The notes under the pieces are model-generated. The model made no database searches, was not told the origin of the DNA, and saw nothing but the letters and a program-made list of their open reading frames with translations. A DNA stretch of 63,857 nucleotides, counting the filler, from Octopus bimaculoides (lineage: Eukaryota), in assembly GCF_001194135.2 (NCBI RefSeq). It is 5 parts of 5 records of this genome, joined end to end, with 100 filler letters (N's around TTAATTAATTAA, not from the genome) between each part and the next. Parts side by side here need not be neighbours in the genome. Positions count along the whole stretch, not along the records: positions 1 to 31,087 come from NC_068999.1; positions 31,188 to 48,163 come from NC_068981.1; 3 more parts are not named here. One strand, given 5' to 3'. This document shows positions 28,632-42,220 of the stretch, in pieces. Both the position numbers and the translations under genes were made by a program. Position 1 is the first letter of the stretch. Every line of letters begins with the position of its first letter.

Positions 28632-31131
28632 NNNNNNNNNNNNNNNNNNNNNNNNNNNNNNNNNNNNNNNNNNNNNNNNNNNNNNNNNNNNNNNNNNNNN
28701 NNNNNNNNNNNNNNNNNNNNNNNNNNNNNNNNNNNNNNNNNNNNNNNNNNNNNNNNNNNNNNNNNNNNNNNNNNNNNNNNNNNNNNNNNNNNNNNNNNNN
28801 NNNNNNNNNNNNNNNNNNNNNNNNNNNNNNNNNNNNNNNNNNNNNNNNNNNNNNNNNNNNNNNNNNNNNNNNNNNNNNNNNNNNNNNNNNNNNNNNNNNN
28901 NNNNNNNNNNNNNNNNNNNNNNNNNNNNNNNNNNNNNNNNNNNNNNNNNNNNNNNNNNNNNNNNNNNNNNNNNNNNNNNNNNNNNNNNNNNNNNNNNNNN
29001 NNNNNNNNNNNNNNNNNNNNNNNNNNNNNNNNNNNNNNNNNNNNNNNNNNNNNNNNNNNNNNNNNNNNNNNNNNNNNNNNNNNNNNNNNNNNNNNNNNNN
29101 NNNNNNNNNNNNNNNNNNNNNNNNNNNNNNNNNNNNNNNNNNNNNNNNNNNNNNNNNNNNNNNNNNNNNNNNNNNNNNNNNNNNNNNNNNNNNNNNNNNN
29201 NNNTATATTCGTTTCCGTTCTTCACTTTAGATTTATCACTGGAATTATTTCATGTCTGGAAATCCTTCGTCACAATTCCTGTGACCTCTTTCAGCAACTC
29301 TCCACCTGGCCTCTTTCGTCCATTTTTGTTTTTAAAGGAAAATTATTTACTCGTCGCCGAGACAGTATCCTAAGTATAATATGCGTTTTGTCACTTTACA
29401 CTTCTCGCCTATTTTTTCTGTCTCATATGTCTTACACTCAGACATCCGTCTATCTGCATTTGTGCACATGTGGGTGGATGTATGTGTGTATATACGAATA
29501 TATCTATAAATAAAATATATTCATAAACCTTTCTATATATACATACATGAATGCATGCATGCATGCATGCATACATACATATATACATACACATACATAT
29601 AGATGTATGTATGCATGTACGCATTGACACAAAATGAGAAAAAAAGGATGCACAAGTTTTAATAAATAATGTATATACGTATATATATATATGTATATAT
29701 ATGTATGTACATATTTATATATATGTATATTTATATGTATAAATGTACATATATATGTGTGTATATATATATATTTGTATATATACATGTATATATATAT
29801 ATATGTATGTGTGTATATGCACACGTTTGCGTGTGTATACGCGCACACGCGATGCGAATTAATTTCCTCTCTCGTTAATAACATATTTACATTTCTCACA
29901 TATATTTCGAACAATATTTGCGAATGTCTAGTGTAATTGCTATGCTGTCAACATTTCTGTACTATATCAGCTTTCATATTTATTTGTCTTCCGCGAATGG
30001 ACACACGCCCGATGTCAGTCCGGTTCTGTAATTGACATATTCTGAACATTGTCGCTTATCAAACACATAAACATATTCATATTCCGCGAATGGAATACGC
30101 GTCTGATGTTAGTCCAGTTTCAATGAACAATGATTATTTTTGCCATTCACTAACCAATCCTTTTGTCTTCAATTATATATTTCACACCGGAAAAAACCCG
30201 GAAATGAAACTATCCATTAATGGTCGGACATCGTTTTACAAATGAATTCATCGTCTTTGGCATATATTTCCGCCCTAAGCAGCATCAAACCAGAATTGAG
30301 GTTCTTTCCCTTAGTGACTTTAGCATGTGAAAAAGTTCCTCTGGAGAGAAAGTCTATCTTTATTGGGTTTTCTCTGACTGAGTAGTTTAACATGCACATC
30401 GATCTTCAAAGTCGCCAAAAAATGATCTCAAAATGATTTGGCAGTTATATCTTGTATTCTTGTCCTAGATTGACACACATATATATATATAATATTCATC
30501 ATCATCGTCGTCGTCGTCGTCGTTATCATCATCAACAACATCATCATTGTCACTGTTTAAATGACCACTTTTCTATGCTCACGTGAGTCAGAAAACAGCT
30601 TGTTGAGGCACAGTTTTCTTTCATCGAATGCTCTTCTTGTTTGCTAAAAAAAAAAAAAAAAAAAAGACATAGAAAGCTCTGTCTATCATTATATATATAC
30701 ATGGTACACAGTCTCACAAAAGTTTGATTGCACGAAACCTTGGCTCGGACGTGTAATGCTACTCACCTGACAAATGCAAATCAGACAGATTTAGCAGACT
30801 TTTATCACAAAAGTTTATTACGACTGTTTTTGTACCACAAAATAAACAATACAATAGCACGCGCTCCCTCCCTCTACCTTCTCTCTCTCTCTCTCACATG
30901 CACACACACACAAAAACATATATATATATATATACATATACATAAATACGTACACACACATACATATACGTACATGCATATATATATATATATATTTGTG
31001 AATAAAACATATATATATGTATAGATGAATATATATTATGTATATATATATATATATATAAATATACACACACACACACAGATATATNNNNNNNNNNNNN
31101 NNNNNNNNNNNNNNNNNNNNNNNNNNNNNNN

Positions 31132-31143
31132 TTAATTAATTAA
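31132..31143. other. assembly spacer TTAATTAATTAA in the middle of a 100-bp gap (also at 48208, 58908 and 61674)
   Basis: Each instance is exactly 44 N, 12 bp, 44 N, and has stop codons in all six frames. Confidence 0.95.
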
Positions 31144-31187
31144 NNNNNNNNNNNNNNNNNNNNNNNNNNNNNNNNNNNNNNNNNNNN

Positions 31188-31570
31188 TCTTCTTTCTGCG
31201 GCTGTCTTCAGTTATGGCTTTATTGATCAATAATTGATCTTTACAGCCGTATGAGCCCTTGCAGCATCCCTTCTGCTCTTCTGGAAACAGGTTGTTATTT
31301 TCCAGGTGTTTACTCAATCTCTGCGATATTATTGCAGTAAAGGCTTTGTAGATCGTAGGGAGACATGTTATAGGTCTATAGTTTTGTGGTTTCTCCGTTT
31401 CCGTGGATTTGGGGATTAAGATGGTTTTCCCTTTTGTGAGCCATTCAGGCATTGTCTCTGGATCTGCTATTATGTTGTTAAAGCTTTCTGCCAGCTCTTT
31501 ATGCATTTCTGGCAGGTGTTTTAACCAGAAATTGGGGATCTTGTCGTGTCCAGGTGCCTTCCAGTTGCTT
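31188..31570 (-). mobile_element. R4/Dong-like (RLE clade) non-LTR retrotransposon, reverse transcriptase fragment
   Basis: Open frame SNWKAPGHDKIPNFWLKHLPEMHKEL...WLTKGKTILIPK...NYRPITCLPTIYK...EEQKGCCKGSYGCKDQLLINKAI (N-terminal RT domains). The 5' junction abuts (TAA)n at 31571-31590; the 3' part runs into a gap. Confidence 0.9.
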
Positions 31571-31904
31571 ATTATTATTATTATTATTATGTGGTTAAAT
31601 AAGGACCCCCTACGTCAATATGTAAAGAACTACACAATAAGCGACAGCTCTAAAGAGCGCCTGTCTTACAACAAAAGTGGTACCATCTCATTTATTTTAA
31701 TGTTTCAAATCAAGATGACAGCCATCGCAGTGTATGAAATTGTTAGTGTGAAAACGACTATGAAAGTGAATAGTAGTGGTTTGTCTTATCTCAATTCGAA
31801 CATCGGCAGCACCGATAACAGAAATAATAACAACAATAGCAGGAACAACACCAACAATAGCAAAAGCAAGAACACACAGCTTTATACACACACATATATA
31901 CTGT

Positions 31905-32260
31905 TGACTGTAGCCATGCTGGAGCAAATCGACCCCAGGACTCATTCTTTGTAAGCCTAGTACTTATTCAATCGGTCTCTTTCGCCGAACCGCTAAGTTA
32001 CGTGGATGTAAATACACCAGCATCGGTTGTCAAGCGATGTTGGAGGGACAAACACAGACACACAAACACACATATATATATACATATACATATATACGAC
32101 GGGCTTCTTTCAGTTTCCGTCTACCAAATCCACTCACAAGGCTTTGGTCGGTCCGAGGCTATAGTAGAAAACACTTGCCCAAGATGCCACGCAGTGGGAC
32201 TGAACCCGGAGCCATGTGGTTGGTAAGCAAGCTACTTACCACACAGCCACTCCTGCGCCT
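31905..32260 (-). mobile_element. SINE family B/C copy (complete)
   Basis: Reverse complement of the 44662-45082 element with high similarity. Confidence 0.85.
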
Positions 32261-33549
32261 ATATATATATATATATATATNNNNNNNNNNNNNNNNNNNN
32301 NNNNNNNNNNNNNNNNNNNNNNNNNNNNNNNNNNNNNNNNNNNNNNNNNNNNNNNNNNNNNNNNNNNNNNNNNNNNNNNNNNNNNNNNNNNNNNNNNNNN
32401 NNNNNNNNNNNNNNNNNNNNNNNNNNNNNNNNNNNNNNNNNNNNNNNNNNNNNNNNNNNNNNNNNNNNNNNNNNNNNNNNNNNNNNNNNNNNNNNNNNNN
32501 NNNNNNNNNNNNNNNNNNNNNNNNNNNNNNNNNNNNNNNNNNNNNNNNNNNNNNNNNNNNNNNNNNNNNNNNNNNNNNNNNNNNNNNNNNNNNNNNNNNN
32601 NNNNNNNNNNNNNNNNNNNNNNNNNNNNNNNNNNNNNNNNNNNNNNNNNNNNNNNNNNNNNNNNNNNNNNNNNNNNNNNNNNNNNNNNNNNNNNNNNNNN
32701 NNNNNNNNNNNNNNNNNNNNNNNNNNNNNNNNNNNNNNNNNNNNNNNNNNNNNNNNNNNNNNNNNNNNNNNNNNNNNNNNNNNNNNNNNNNNNNNNNNNN
32801 NNNNNNNNNNNNNNNNNNNNNNNNNNNNNNNNNNNNNNNNNNNNNNNNNNNNNNNNNNNNNNNNNNNNNNNNNNNNNNNNNNNNNNNNNNNNNNNNNNNN
32901 NNNNNNNNNNNNNNNNNNNNNNNNNNNNNNNNNNNNNNNNNNNNNNNNNNNNNNNNNNNNNNNNNNNNNNNNNNNNNNNNNNNNNNNNNNNNNNNNNNNN
33001 NNNNNNNNNNNNNNNNNNNNNNNNNNNNNNNNNNNNNNNNNNNNNNNNNNNNNNNNNNNNNNNNNNNNNNNNNNNNNNNNNNNNNNNNNNNNNNNNNNNN
33101 NNNNNNNNNNNNNNNNNNNNNNNNNNNNNNNNNNNNNNNNNNNNNNNNNNNNNNNNNNNNNNNNNNNNNNNNNNNNNNNNNNNNNNNNNNNNNNNNNNNN
33201 NNNNNNNNNNNNNNNNNNNNNNNNNNNNNNNNNNNNNNNNNNNNNNNNNNNNNNNNNNNATATATATATATATATATACACATACATACATATGCATATA
33301 TGTATGTATGAGTGTATAATTCTTTTTAGAACCGTGAAGCTCGCAGCAGATAAATTAATGAATAATAATGTGTAAATATTGGGTTAAAAAGTCCTTTAGA
33401 TAGAAAAAGGCAGCCACTGAGACTCGAACCCCACATTTACTGCAAACATGACAGTTTTATTATTTGATGAAAGCAATCTTTCAAATTTCTCAAATTCTGT
33501 CTCTTGAGAAGTCAAGGATGTATATATGCATACATTCAGACATACATTA

Positions 33550-34630
33550 TAATGGTTTGTGCACAAAGTAATGCAAAAATAGGCATATCATTTTCACCAA
33601 CGGACATATGTATTTCATATTTCACTGGTTGGATGAATAACATGAAATATTATTCAATATAGTCTTCGTTTGTGCTATCGCTGAACCAAAATTTCTAATC
33701 GTCTTTAAAAATTTCACGCATGCACTGTTGTACGTACCTCACCGCAGACATCTTCACCTCATCTGTGTCATAAAATAGCTGTCTCCAAAGACTGTGCTTC
33801 ATCGAACTGAAAAGATGAAAGTCAGAGGACATCAAAACTAGGCTCTGTGCAGTATAGGGAAAAAACTGACCAGCCCATTTTCCGATTTACAAATTTGTCA
33901 CCCAAAACGCGTGTAGTCACGAAATGTCATGATGAATTAGATCGTTTTAAAATTCTTGTTGGATCTCTTTTGGTTCTCACTATGATTCATCATTGCCGCT
34001 CGTTGTCCATATTCGAAACATGTCCCAGAGAATCAGTGAGAATTATACTCTTGATTTTCCGAAACAGTTACGCGACTCACTCTGACTACCATTACTCGTG
34101 AACTTTATTGGCATTGGAGAAGGGGTGTGTCGCCTTTCATGTCTAAGTCTTTCTTTTCGGATCATAAAGATACAGCAGCATTTCATTTCCTTTTGCCAAG
34201 TAGGAAAGAAACATGTCTTCATTGGTTTCAAACGCTTCCAGTAGATCCAGTCAGAGTTCCATCATTCTTTCTTTCAAATTGGGTGTCAACTACCGAAGTA
34301 CTCACTTTGCACACATTTTTCATTACCTAAAGTCTTCTACCAGCTTTGGTAGTACATTGCGACCACAGACTAGCTGTGCAGCAATCTCACAGATTAACAC
34401 GCGTCTCTCTACACCTATCAATTCGCCCGACCATTCGAGTGATTCATATGAGTGTTTGTAGTGGACGGTCTTCCGTTGATTGGTTTAGCCTTATTTTTGT
34501 GTTCCTGTTCTTTGGATATCTTCATACGTTTGTGGACATGACTCTAGCAACCAACCTTTGTCCACAACTCAAAAATGACATGCATCTTTTGCGAGGGAAC
34601 TCGTTCTTTGCCTGCCATGAAGAAAAGCAG
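33550..34630 (-). mobile_element. heavily decayed mariner transposase relic
   Basis: Minus-strand translation with stops gives NGRPST...ERRVLICEIAAQL...KMCAK*VLR*LTPNLKE...DMFLSYLAKGNEMLLYLYDPKRK, a decayed form of the mariner SGRP, KxCAKWVPRxLT and IVTGDETW.YHYDP motifs. A TIR-like sequence near 33550 is uncertain. Confidence 0.7.
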
Positions 34631-34782
34631 GAATAAGTGTTATTAGAAGTGTAACATGGCTAATTTGAATGACATGCCAATTAAAAAAATATTTTAACCA
34701 AGTTTACATTAGCCACCGTATGTATGCATGCACGCGCGCGCGCACTCGCGCGGACGCTCACGCGCATGCACACACACACACG

Positions 34783-34818
<36 letters not shown>

Positions 34819-35010
34819 GAAAGAGAACTTTTGCTGTATGCCTTCTAACTTCGAGACTGTACATTTGAAATCGGCTAGATCAGAGACCACGTTAAACCAC
34901 CATTGGTTCTGGCAAAACATGAAATCTATGTTAATCAAACATACTATACATACATGCATACAAACACATACATGTATATTTGTGTGTATGTGTGTATGTA
35001 TGAATGCATC

Positions 35011-35051
<41 letters not shown>

Positions 35052-35369
35052 ACACACACACATATATATGCAGAATAATCATACAAAGTGATTTTTCTCT
35101 TGTTTATATATATATATATTTTTATATCTTTTTCCTCGAGATTATCTTTATTTATGATGTATCTCTTTTGCCGTCAGTTAAGTTTTAATATTCTTGGAGA
35201 TTGTGTAACCTCAGAAAAATTTCTTCAGGCAGTCTGAATAGTCTGGAAGCATCTCTTGTTTCTGAGAAAGAATAGCTACATTTACATAGACTTTTAGTCT
35301 GTACGGCTAATGGAACACGAATCAGACAACCGCCATCATGTGTATTGCATCTGGTGTAAATGCGAAGCC

Positions 35370-35690
35370 GCATGGCTTAGTGTTTAGAGGTTTTCGGTTC
35401 ACGATCGTAAGCTCGTGCGTCCTAGATCCTTCGGTGCATAGTGTCCTTGATCAAGACACTTTATTTCACGTTGTTCCATTTCACTTAGCTGGCAAAAATA
35501 AATCGTACCTTTATTTCAAAGTGTCAACCTTGTTACATTCTGTATCATGATGAATGTATCTAGGAACTACGTTAAGTTTTTTGCGTGTCTGTGAAGTACT
35601 CAGCTACGTGCATGTTAATGTCGCGTGCAGGCTCTTCCGTTGATCGGTTCAACTAGAACACTCCTCGTCGTAACGGACGGAGTTCCAGAT
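35370..35690 (+). mobile_element. SINE family H decayed copy
   Basis: Collinear similarity to 59641-59957. Confidence 0.65.
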
Positions 35691-38072
35691 CTGGTAGAAG
35701 TAGTCTTCTTTCTTCAAAAAGATTTGAGCCATATATTGCATTTGAGCAAGTCACTTGTCAGTTCTACAAACCTGCTAGTCAGGAGTAATGAAGTAGTCTT
35801 TCAATCTGTGAGAAATAGTTAAATATCTTTTAACTCGTAACGTAGCCATCTTGTATAATAAAATGATTCATTCGATAGTGTATTTCTGAAAACCATAAAA
35901 AAGACGGGATGGTCATGAATGAAATTGCGTTGATAAAAGAGATCGCATGGTTAGAGTTGACCTGGGCTTAAACTAATTGTAATAGAACTGAATTTGACTT
36001 GAAAATCAACTTATCACAATTTTGTGGTAACATTATTTGTTATATGAACAGAAACGCCTGGAAATTAAATGTTTTGAGCCACATATGGAGACCAATTTTG
36101 GGTTTCGAACATCCGAACATCCTAACATCCGATCTGTCGAATCGTTTTCCAGTAATTAACCCCCCATAACCATTCGATCGTTCATATTCTTCATACATAC
36201 ATTCTACAAAGCAAAATTAATTTAGGTTTACATGTTGAAAATTATAAAACTGAACCTTTTTTTTCGTTAGACATTTCATTGCTATTTAAACATTTGTATA
36301 TATGTTGTCTAATAAGATTTAATATAAAACAGTCAAGAAAATGAGCATGTCTGTTACTTCCTAACAGTCTGTTACTTTGCATACAATATCTGACAATAAC
36401 ATTCGTCCCATAATAAATTATTTCATCTATGACAAACTTCCATCACAATGTACAATACAGGAATGTATGATATATAACAAAAGTAAAATTTAACTCATCG
36501 TCAAGCTGCAGAAGCGAGTCAGTTCACTTTCATTGCAGGATTACTGTATAATGCATTTACTCAACCATTATGAAGCACTGCCTTTTAATCAAACAAATGA
36601 ACTCAAATACTTATGCTTTTGTTTAAAATTTGGTACTCATTATAACGTCTCTTTTGCCGAGCCTCTAAGTTTCGAGGAAGTAAACAAAGTAATACCATTT
36701 GTCAAGCTGTGGTGTGACAAGCTCATACACAAACGCACAGAGACGCATAGACGCACAAACACACAAGCGCACAGACACACACACACACACATACGACGGG
36801 CTTCTGCACAGTAACCAAATTCACTCACATGACATTGATTGGCCCACGGCTATAGTAGAAGACATCTGACCGAGGTGTCACGCAGTGGAACTAAGCCCGT
36901 GCTTCGAAAATAATTTTTTTTTTTTAACCATACAAATCTAATTCTACGATTTACGAGTGACATGAATTTTGAATCATACTGTCTTCTACAGTTCTTCGAA
37001 CCAGAATCAACCGTCAACCTTTCACATTTCTCTGGCCTCATTTATAGCTTAACCTATTACCCTTTTTTTTTTCTTTCTACCACTGGTAAACCAGAAAACA
37101 CGGTCGCAAGATCTGCACTAAATCCTCGTTTGGTATTGTTTTGTTTTCAACTGCTCTAAGTTCATTGTTTGATTTAAGATTCATTTTGTTTTACTTAACT
37201 CCGGGGTTTCTTACAAATAAATGTATATAAAATAAACTTTCTTGAACATCTGGGACTTTGTCAACATCTTTGACCCTATTATCAAACCCTACTTTGCTGG
37301 CAAGATGTTCTAATAATTCCTTCTTTTATTTTTGTTCTTTCTTTCTTAGCTCGATTTTACAGTTCCTGCTTTTCTATTTTTACTTATATACAAAGCTAAT
37401 TGCTTTAAAGATAGAGCCAAACAAAATAATTGCAATGACGTTGCTGGTTCTTTGTTTATTGATCTAGCAGAGATTCAATGTCTATCGGAATTTGAAAAAG
37501 AAGCCTTGAGGATCGAAACTAATCAGTGAAATGTTGTTAGCCTGTCTATCTGCCCGTCTTATTTCTTTCTTTCTTTCTCCCCCCCCTCTCTCTCTCTCTG
37601 TTTGATCGTATTATCAACTATAGTTTTCTCTTAAAATCTCCCATATTATGCTGTTTGATATTTTCATCTCATCTACCAGTTCCTTTCATTCACTTCTCAG
37701 ACTTCTCTCCTTATCTTTGTCCGTCTCCCTCCCCCTCTTTCTCTCTCTAAATGTCATGTCCTCTTACTTCTCTCCTTCTAATACTCGCGCTGAAACTATT
37801 TTCCTTTACATAGCTTCCTCTTTTTTCGTACTTTCTCTCACTCGTTCTCTCTATTACTCCACCTGTATGTCTCTCTTTCCTCCCCCACCACCACTGCTTT
37901 CACCTATACACTTTATCTTAATCTCAATCAAGTATTCTAACAGTTCAATTTTCTATTAACTCTCTGATTCACTACCTTCTTCTCTTAACATCTCTCGTAA
38001 GTAACACTCAAAGCAACTTCCACTTTAACTTCTATTTCTCCCAGCCACACTTTCTCTCCATTATTTATAATA

Positions 38073-38670
38073 CAGTAATCACTTGCCATATCGCGGTTCA
38101 CTTACCACGGTTCACCTATCACGGTTTATTATTTAAGCTTACGTCGATTCCTCCGTGGTGTTGTTTTGCATTTATGATAAATTATATAAATATAAGGTGA
38201 AGTATATTTGCCACTTAAATGTGGCTGACCCCGAAGGGTGGATGTTAGTGTTGCTTTTAGCCCCAGGAGAACATCTCCTCCAGCTGGCTATCGACACACA
38301 TCTGTGTCCTGTCTGTATTTGCAAAGGGAAGTTATCTTTCCCATCTTGATCGGCGATACGTACGGACTCGAGTTTCTGGGTATTTTCCCGTCCGCAGCGT
38401 ACGACAATCGCCGACCTTCGATGCGAAAGATATTTCTTTGCAAATGTATATGACTTTTTCCAGTGAAATTATTCACTGATCTCGAAAAAGTGAAAACAAG
38501 CAATGTTAAATTTATATACAAATTATATTTATATAATTTGTATATAAATATATACAAATTATAAAAATAATAAAAAAGGTATACAGTACAGTACTGTTTC
38601 TACTTTGCCGATTTTCACCTATCACGGGGGGCTTGGGAACGTAACACCTGCGATAGTCGAGGGATTACTG
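38073..38670. mobile_element. pogo/Tigger-like non-autonomous element (MITE)
   Basis: TA|CAGTAATCACTTGCCATATCGCGG at the left end and (reverse complement) CAGTAATCCCTCGACTATCGCAGG at the right end. CAGT-initiated TIRs with TA context are typical of pogo elements. No coding capacity. Confidence 0.8.
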
Positions 38671-40553
38671 CATAAATTATTGTTTATTTCAATTTTAAAC
38701 AATCTTCATTCTCTCCACCTTGCGTTCACTAATAACATATCAATTTACTTTCCTCCAACTATCCGATCATCACCAGCACCACAAAAAAATTCACCTTCAT
38801 CAGCCACTCCCTGTCCAAGTCTTGCTTCTCCTTCACGCATGTCATTCGTACTTACCATAACTACTTATTAAGCACCCTATTGATCAGCTCCTCCCTCTCT
38901 TTCCTTCTTCATCTCTCTCTCTCCCTCTATTTATCTCTTCATCTTTCTCTCTCTCTCTCTCTCTTCATCTCTCTCTGTCTCACTTCATCTCATTGTTTAT
39001 CTCTCTTTCGCTCTCTCTCCTCCTCCTCCTCCTCCTCCTCCTCCCCTCCTCCTCTACCTCTCCCTCTTCTCCCACCGCCGCCATCACCACCACCACCATC
39101 ACATCTAATGTTCTTGCTCATGTGATTAACTATTAGAGTTCTCCTTTCAGACGCTGTGTTGCTTTCAATTATTTACCAAAGTTTAATGAAATTAAACTCT
39201 TCTTGTTAAAAATTAATTTTATATTTAATTACATAAACGAACCCTGCAAATTGATGCTCGGTCATTCAAGTAAAAGAGAATATTATCAATCTTCTGAGCT
39301 TTTATTGTTTGCGCTTTTGATTTTCACTATTTTTTTTTTCTTACTATTATAAATGAAATAAGAAATCTTAAAAATTTATATATATGTTTTGAGTAAAATT
39401 TCTGTTCAATTTTTGCTTCGCTAATTCATTCATTCTATTTAATTTGCGACTTCCTTCTGCCTTTTCTTCATTCGTCTCTTCTCATTAGTTGCCATCTTTC
39501 ATTCCATAGTTTTTTTTTACTTTTTCTTTCCTTCTTTCTTTCTGCCTTTATTTATTTATGTCTTCATTCCTTCCCTTTTCATTCATTCTTCTCTTAAATA
39601 CATAGTACTATTTTGTCTTCCCAATTCATTCATTTATTCATTCTATTTTAATTGTACCTTCTTTGTTTTCTTTCTTCTTTCTTCCCATTTCATTCGTTTT
39701 ATCGTTCTTACCAACGCTTTTTGCTTTACTCTTTTCTCTTTATTCCTCTTATGGTTTTCACGATTACTTATCCGTCTATTATCTTCTCTTAAATTTCCAC
39801 TCCTTTTTGTCTTCACTAATTCATTCATTATATTTTATTTATGCCTTCCTTGTTTCTGTTTTTTTTTTTTGTTTCTTTTCCGTTTCTTCTCATTCCTTCC
39901 CATCTTCCTTTCCATTCCTTTCCACTTTCTTTTCGTTCCTCTTTCTTCCTCTTCTGATTTTCGTTCCTTCCATTTTCGCTTTTTATTCTTTATCGTTCTT
40001 CCTAAATTTCTTACTCTTTCCTATTTTTGTTTCTTCATTTTATTTTCTACTTCATCATTCCAATTCACCATTATCTTTAAGCCGTTTTCTCAATAGATTC
40101 ATTAGTTTTGTATTAATTCCGTGAAATTCGGTTACTTGTTTCTTCACTTTTTGAAAAAGACGTCCAGTTGTCCATTATTTCTCATTTTGTTTTCATCATT
40201 CAAACAAATAATTCATCCATTAAAGTTTTTAATTTATTAATTTTTTTTTGTCTTCTACTTGTTTCACTCATTGGACTGCGGCTATGCTGGGGCACTGCTT
40301 TGTGGGGTTTCATCGAACAAATCTACCACAGGTTTTATTTTCAAGCCTAAATGAATGATACTTATTCTATCAGAATCTTTTGTCGAAACACTAAGTTACT
40401 TGAACGGAAACAAACCCACACCAGTTGTCAAGTGGTGGAGAGGGACAAACAAACACACGCACACGCAAGCACACAAACACACACACAAACACACACACAC
40501 ATACACACGCACACACACATAAGCGCGCGCACACACACACACATATATATGTA

Positions 40554-40769
40554 CGAGGGGCTACTGCAATCTTCCTGGCCTTGGGTAAAGAAAATACAGG
40601 AGGATCAGTTAATCATGACAATATTCAAAATATTCCCCTCACAGACTCACACATTTGTTGCAGCTGTCCTCCAGTTTTTCTAATCCCTATAAAAGAAATC
40701 GGAACGTTTGGCCTCTAACCAAACATTTCGCGACACCATTAAAGCCAGGAATCTTCCAGCACCTCTTCG
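40554..40769 (-). mobile_element. mariner-derived MITE (about 216 bp)
   Basis: Left TA|CGAGGGGCTACTGCAATCTTCCTGGC and right end (reverse complement) CGAAGAGGTGCTGGAAGATTCCTGGC are degenerate TIRs. The interior encodes a transposase C-terminus, GLEKLEDSCNKCVSL*GEYFE. Confidence 0.75.
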
Positions 40770-40994
40770 TGTGTGTGTGTGTGGTATGTATATATATATA
40801 TATATATACAAGAACAAGAACGCAACAGACGACAATAAAACATCCGGACAGATAGACGATGCGAAGACGGAAAACCCCCCCAAAAAAACATGTACGGTCA
40901 TTCGCAAGTTCCTCTCATCAGTCAAGTTACCAAATTATCCTTATAATTTCGGGCAGTTACACTTGAGACTGTTCAAATTTGGCCCACCAAAATT

Positions 40995-41028
<34 letters not shown>

Positions 41029-41340
41029 TGATGGCCTTTCACAACTTTCCGTCTATCTTATACACTCACTCACAAGGCATTGGTCGACCAAGGGTTACAC
41101 GAGAAGACTCTTGCATGCACAAAGAATAAGTGAGCAGTAAGACTGAAGCCAAAAATACCTCTATTGTTCTGTAGATTTACATTAATTTTTGTGTTTGCCT
41201 TCATTTTCGGCTTCTTCTTCCTTTGGCTTTCCTGTCAAAAAGATGATCCCAAAATATCCTTCATTTTAATTTTTCATTCAGATTCTATATTTTTCACTAC
41301 TAGAAAATTGTCACTAGCTTGGAAATGATTACAGTATATA

Positions 41341-42220
41341 CGAGGTCTGATCAATAAGTATCCGGACTGTTGCCAATTTAACGAAGCTAAAGCATGCAGA
41401 GTGAAGTTGCTTGGGAAGTATTGACCTTGCACTCTGCTGTGCATGTGCACTAAACGTTAACGTTCTAGCTCACATCTGCTGTTAACAGCAGTGCTTAGAA
41501 GGAAGGTGTGTAGCGTGAGATCGTCGCATTCACCATGACAGAGAAAGTTGTCATAGTGATACCTGCTCAGAGACCTATGCAAAGTTGCAGAAAGTCTATG
41601 GAGAGGAGTGTATGAGCCGCTCACAAGTGTACCAGTGGTTCAGACGTTTCCAAGATGGCTGAAAGATGTGGATATTGACGTACGTTCTGGGTGACCCGCA
41701 ACCAGCAGAACTAAGGAAAACATCGCAGATGTGCGTGCAGCTGTGAGGAGAAATCGTCGAATCATTATCCATGAGTTATTAAAGGATGCGCAGATTAGTT
41801 ACGGTTCAGTTCAGTTCATTATCACTGAAGATTTGGGTATGAGACGCGTATCTGCCTAAACCGTTTTCAGCTGATAAAAAAGACACTCGGGTTCCAGTTG
41901 CGCAAGATCTCCTTCATTGTGTCAAGAACAACGAAAAATTTTTGATAACTTTGTGTAGGCCGCTGAGCAGGTATCGCCAAGCGTGTGATAAAATTTAATG
42001 CAGATTCTCTGCTCAACTTTCTGTGTCATCGTCAATGAGACGATCACAGGCGACACTCCTTCCTTTCAAACACTACTGTGAACAGCGGAAGGAACCTATA
42101 ACGTTAAAACTTAGTGCGCTACAACAGAGTTCAAGGTCGATTTGTACCAAACGGCTTTACTCTACGTGTTTTAGCTTCGTTGTTATGGCAACAGTCCGGA
42201 CATTTATTGATCAGACTACG
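41341..42220 (+). mobile_element. internally deleted mariner transposon with both TIRs
   Basis: TA|CGAGGTCTGATCAATAAGTATCCGGACTGT at the left end and ACAGTCCGGACATTTATTGATCAGACTACG|TA at the right end. Degenerate transposase N-terminus: ETYAKLQKVYGEECMSRSQVYQWFRRFQDG...RSG*PATSRTKENI...ITEDLGMRRVSA. Confidence 0.9.

Noticed and set aside
30217-30399. 60-aa minus-strand ORF of normal complexity
   Set aside because: No recognisable domain or splice context; the length is expected by chance.
31132-31143. Recurrent TTAATTAATTAA islands (31132, 48208, 58908, 61674)
   Set aside because: Always centred in 44N+12+44N: an artificial six-frame-stop gap spacer, not biology.
33431-33448. PHLLQ resembling the end of a sim exon (ELGSHLLQ)
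   Set aside because: No GT donor follows, the upstream residues differ, and there is a stop two codons later.
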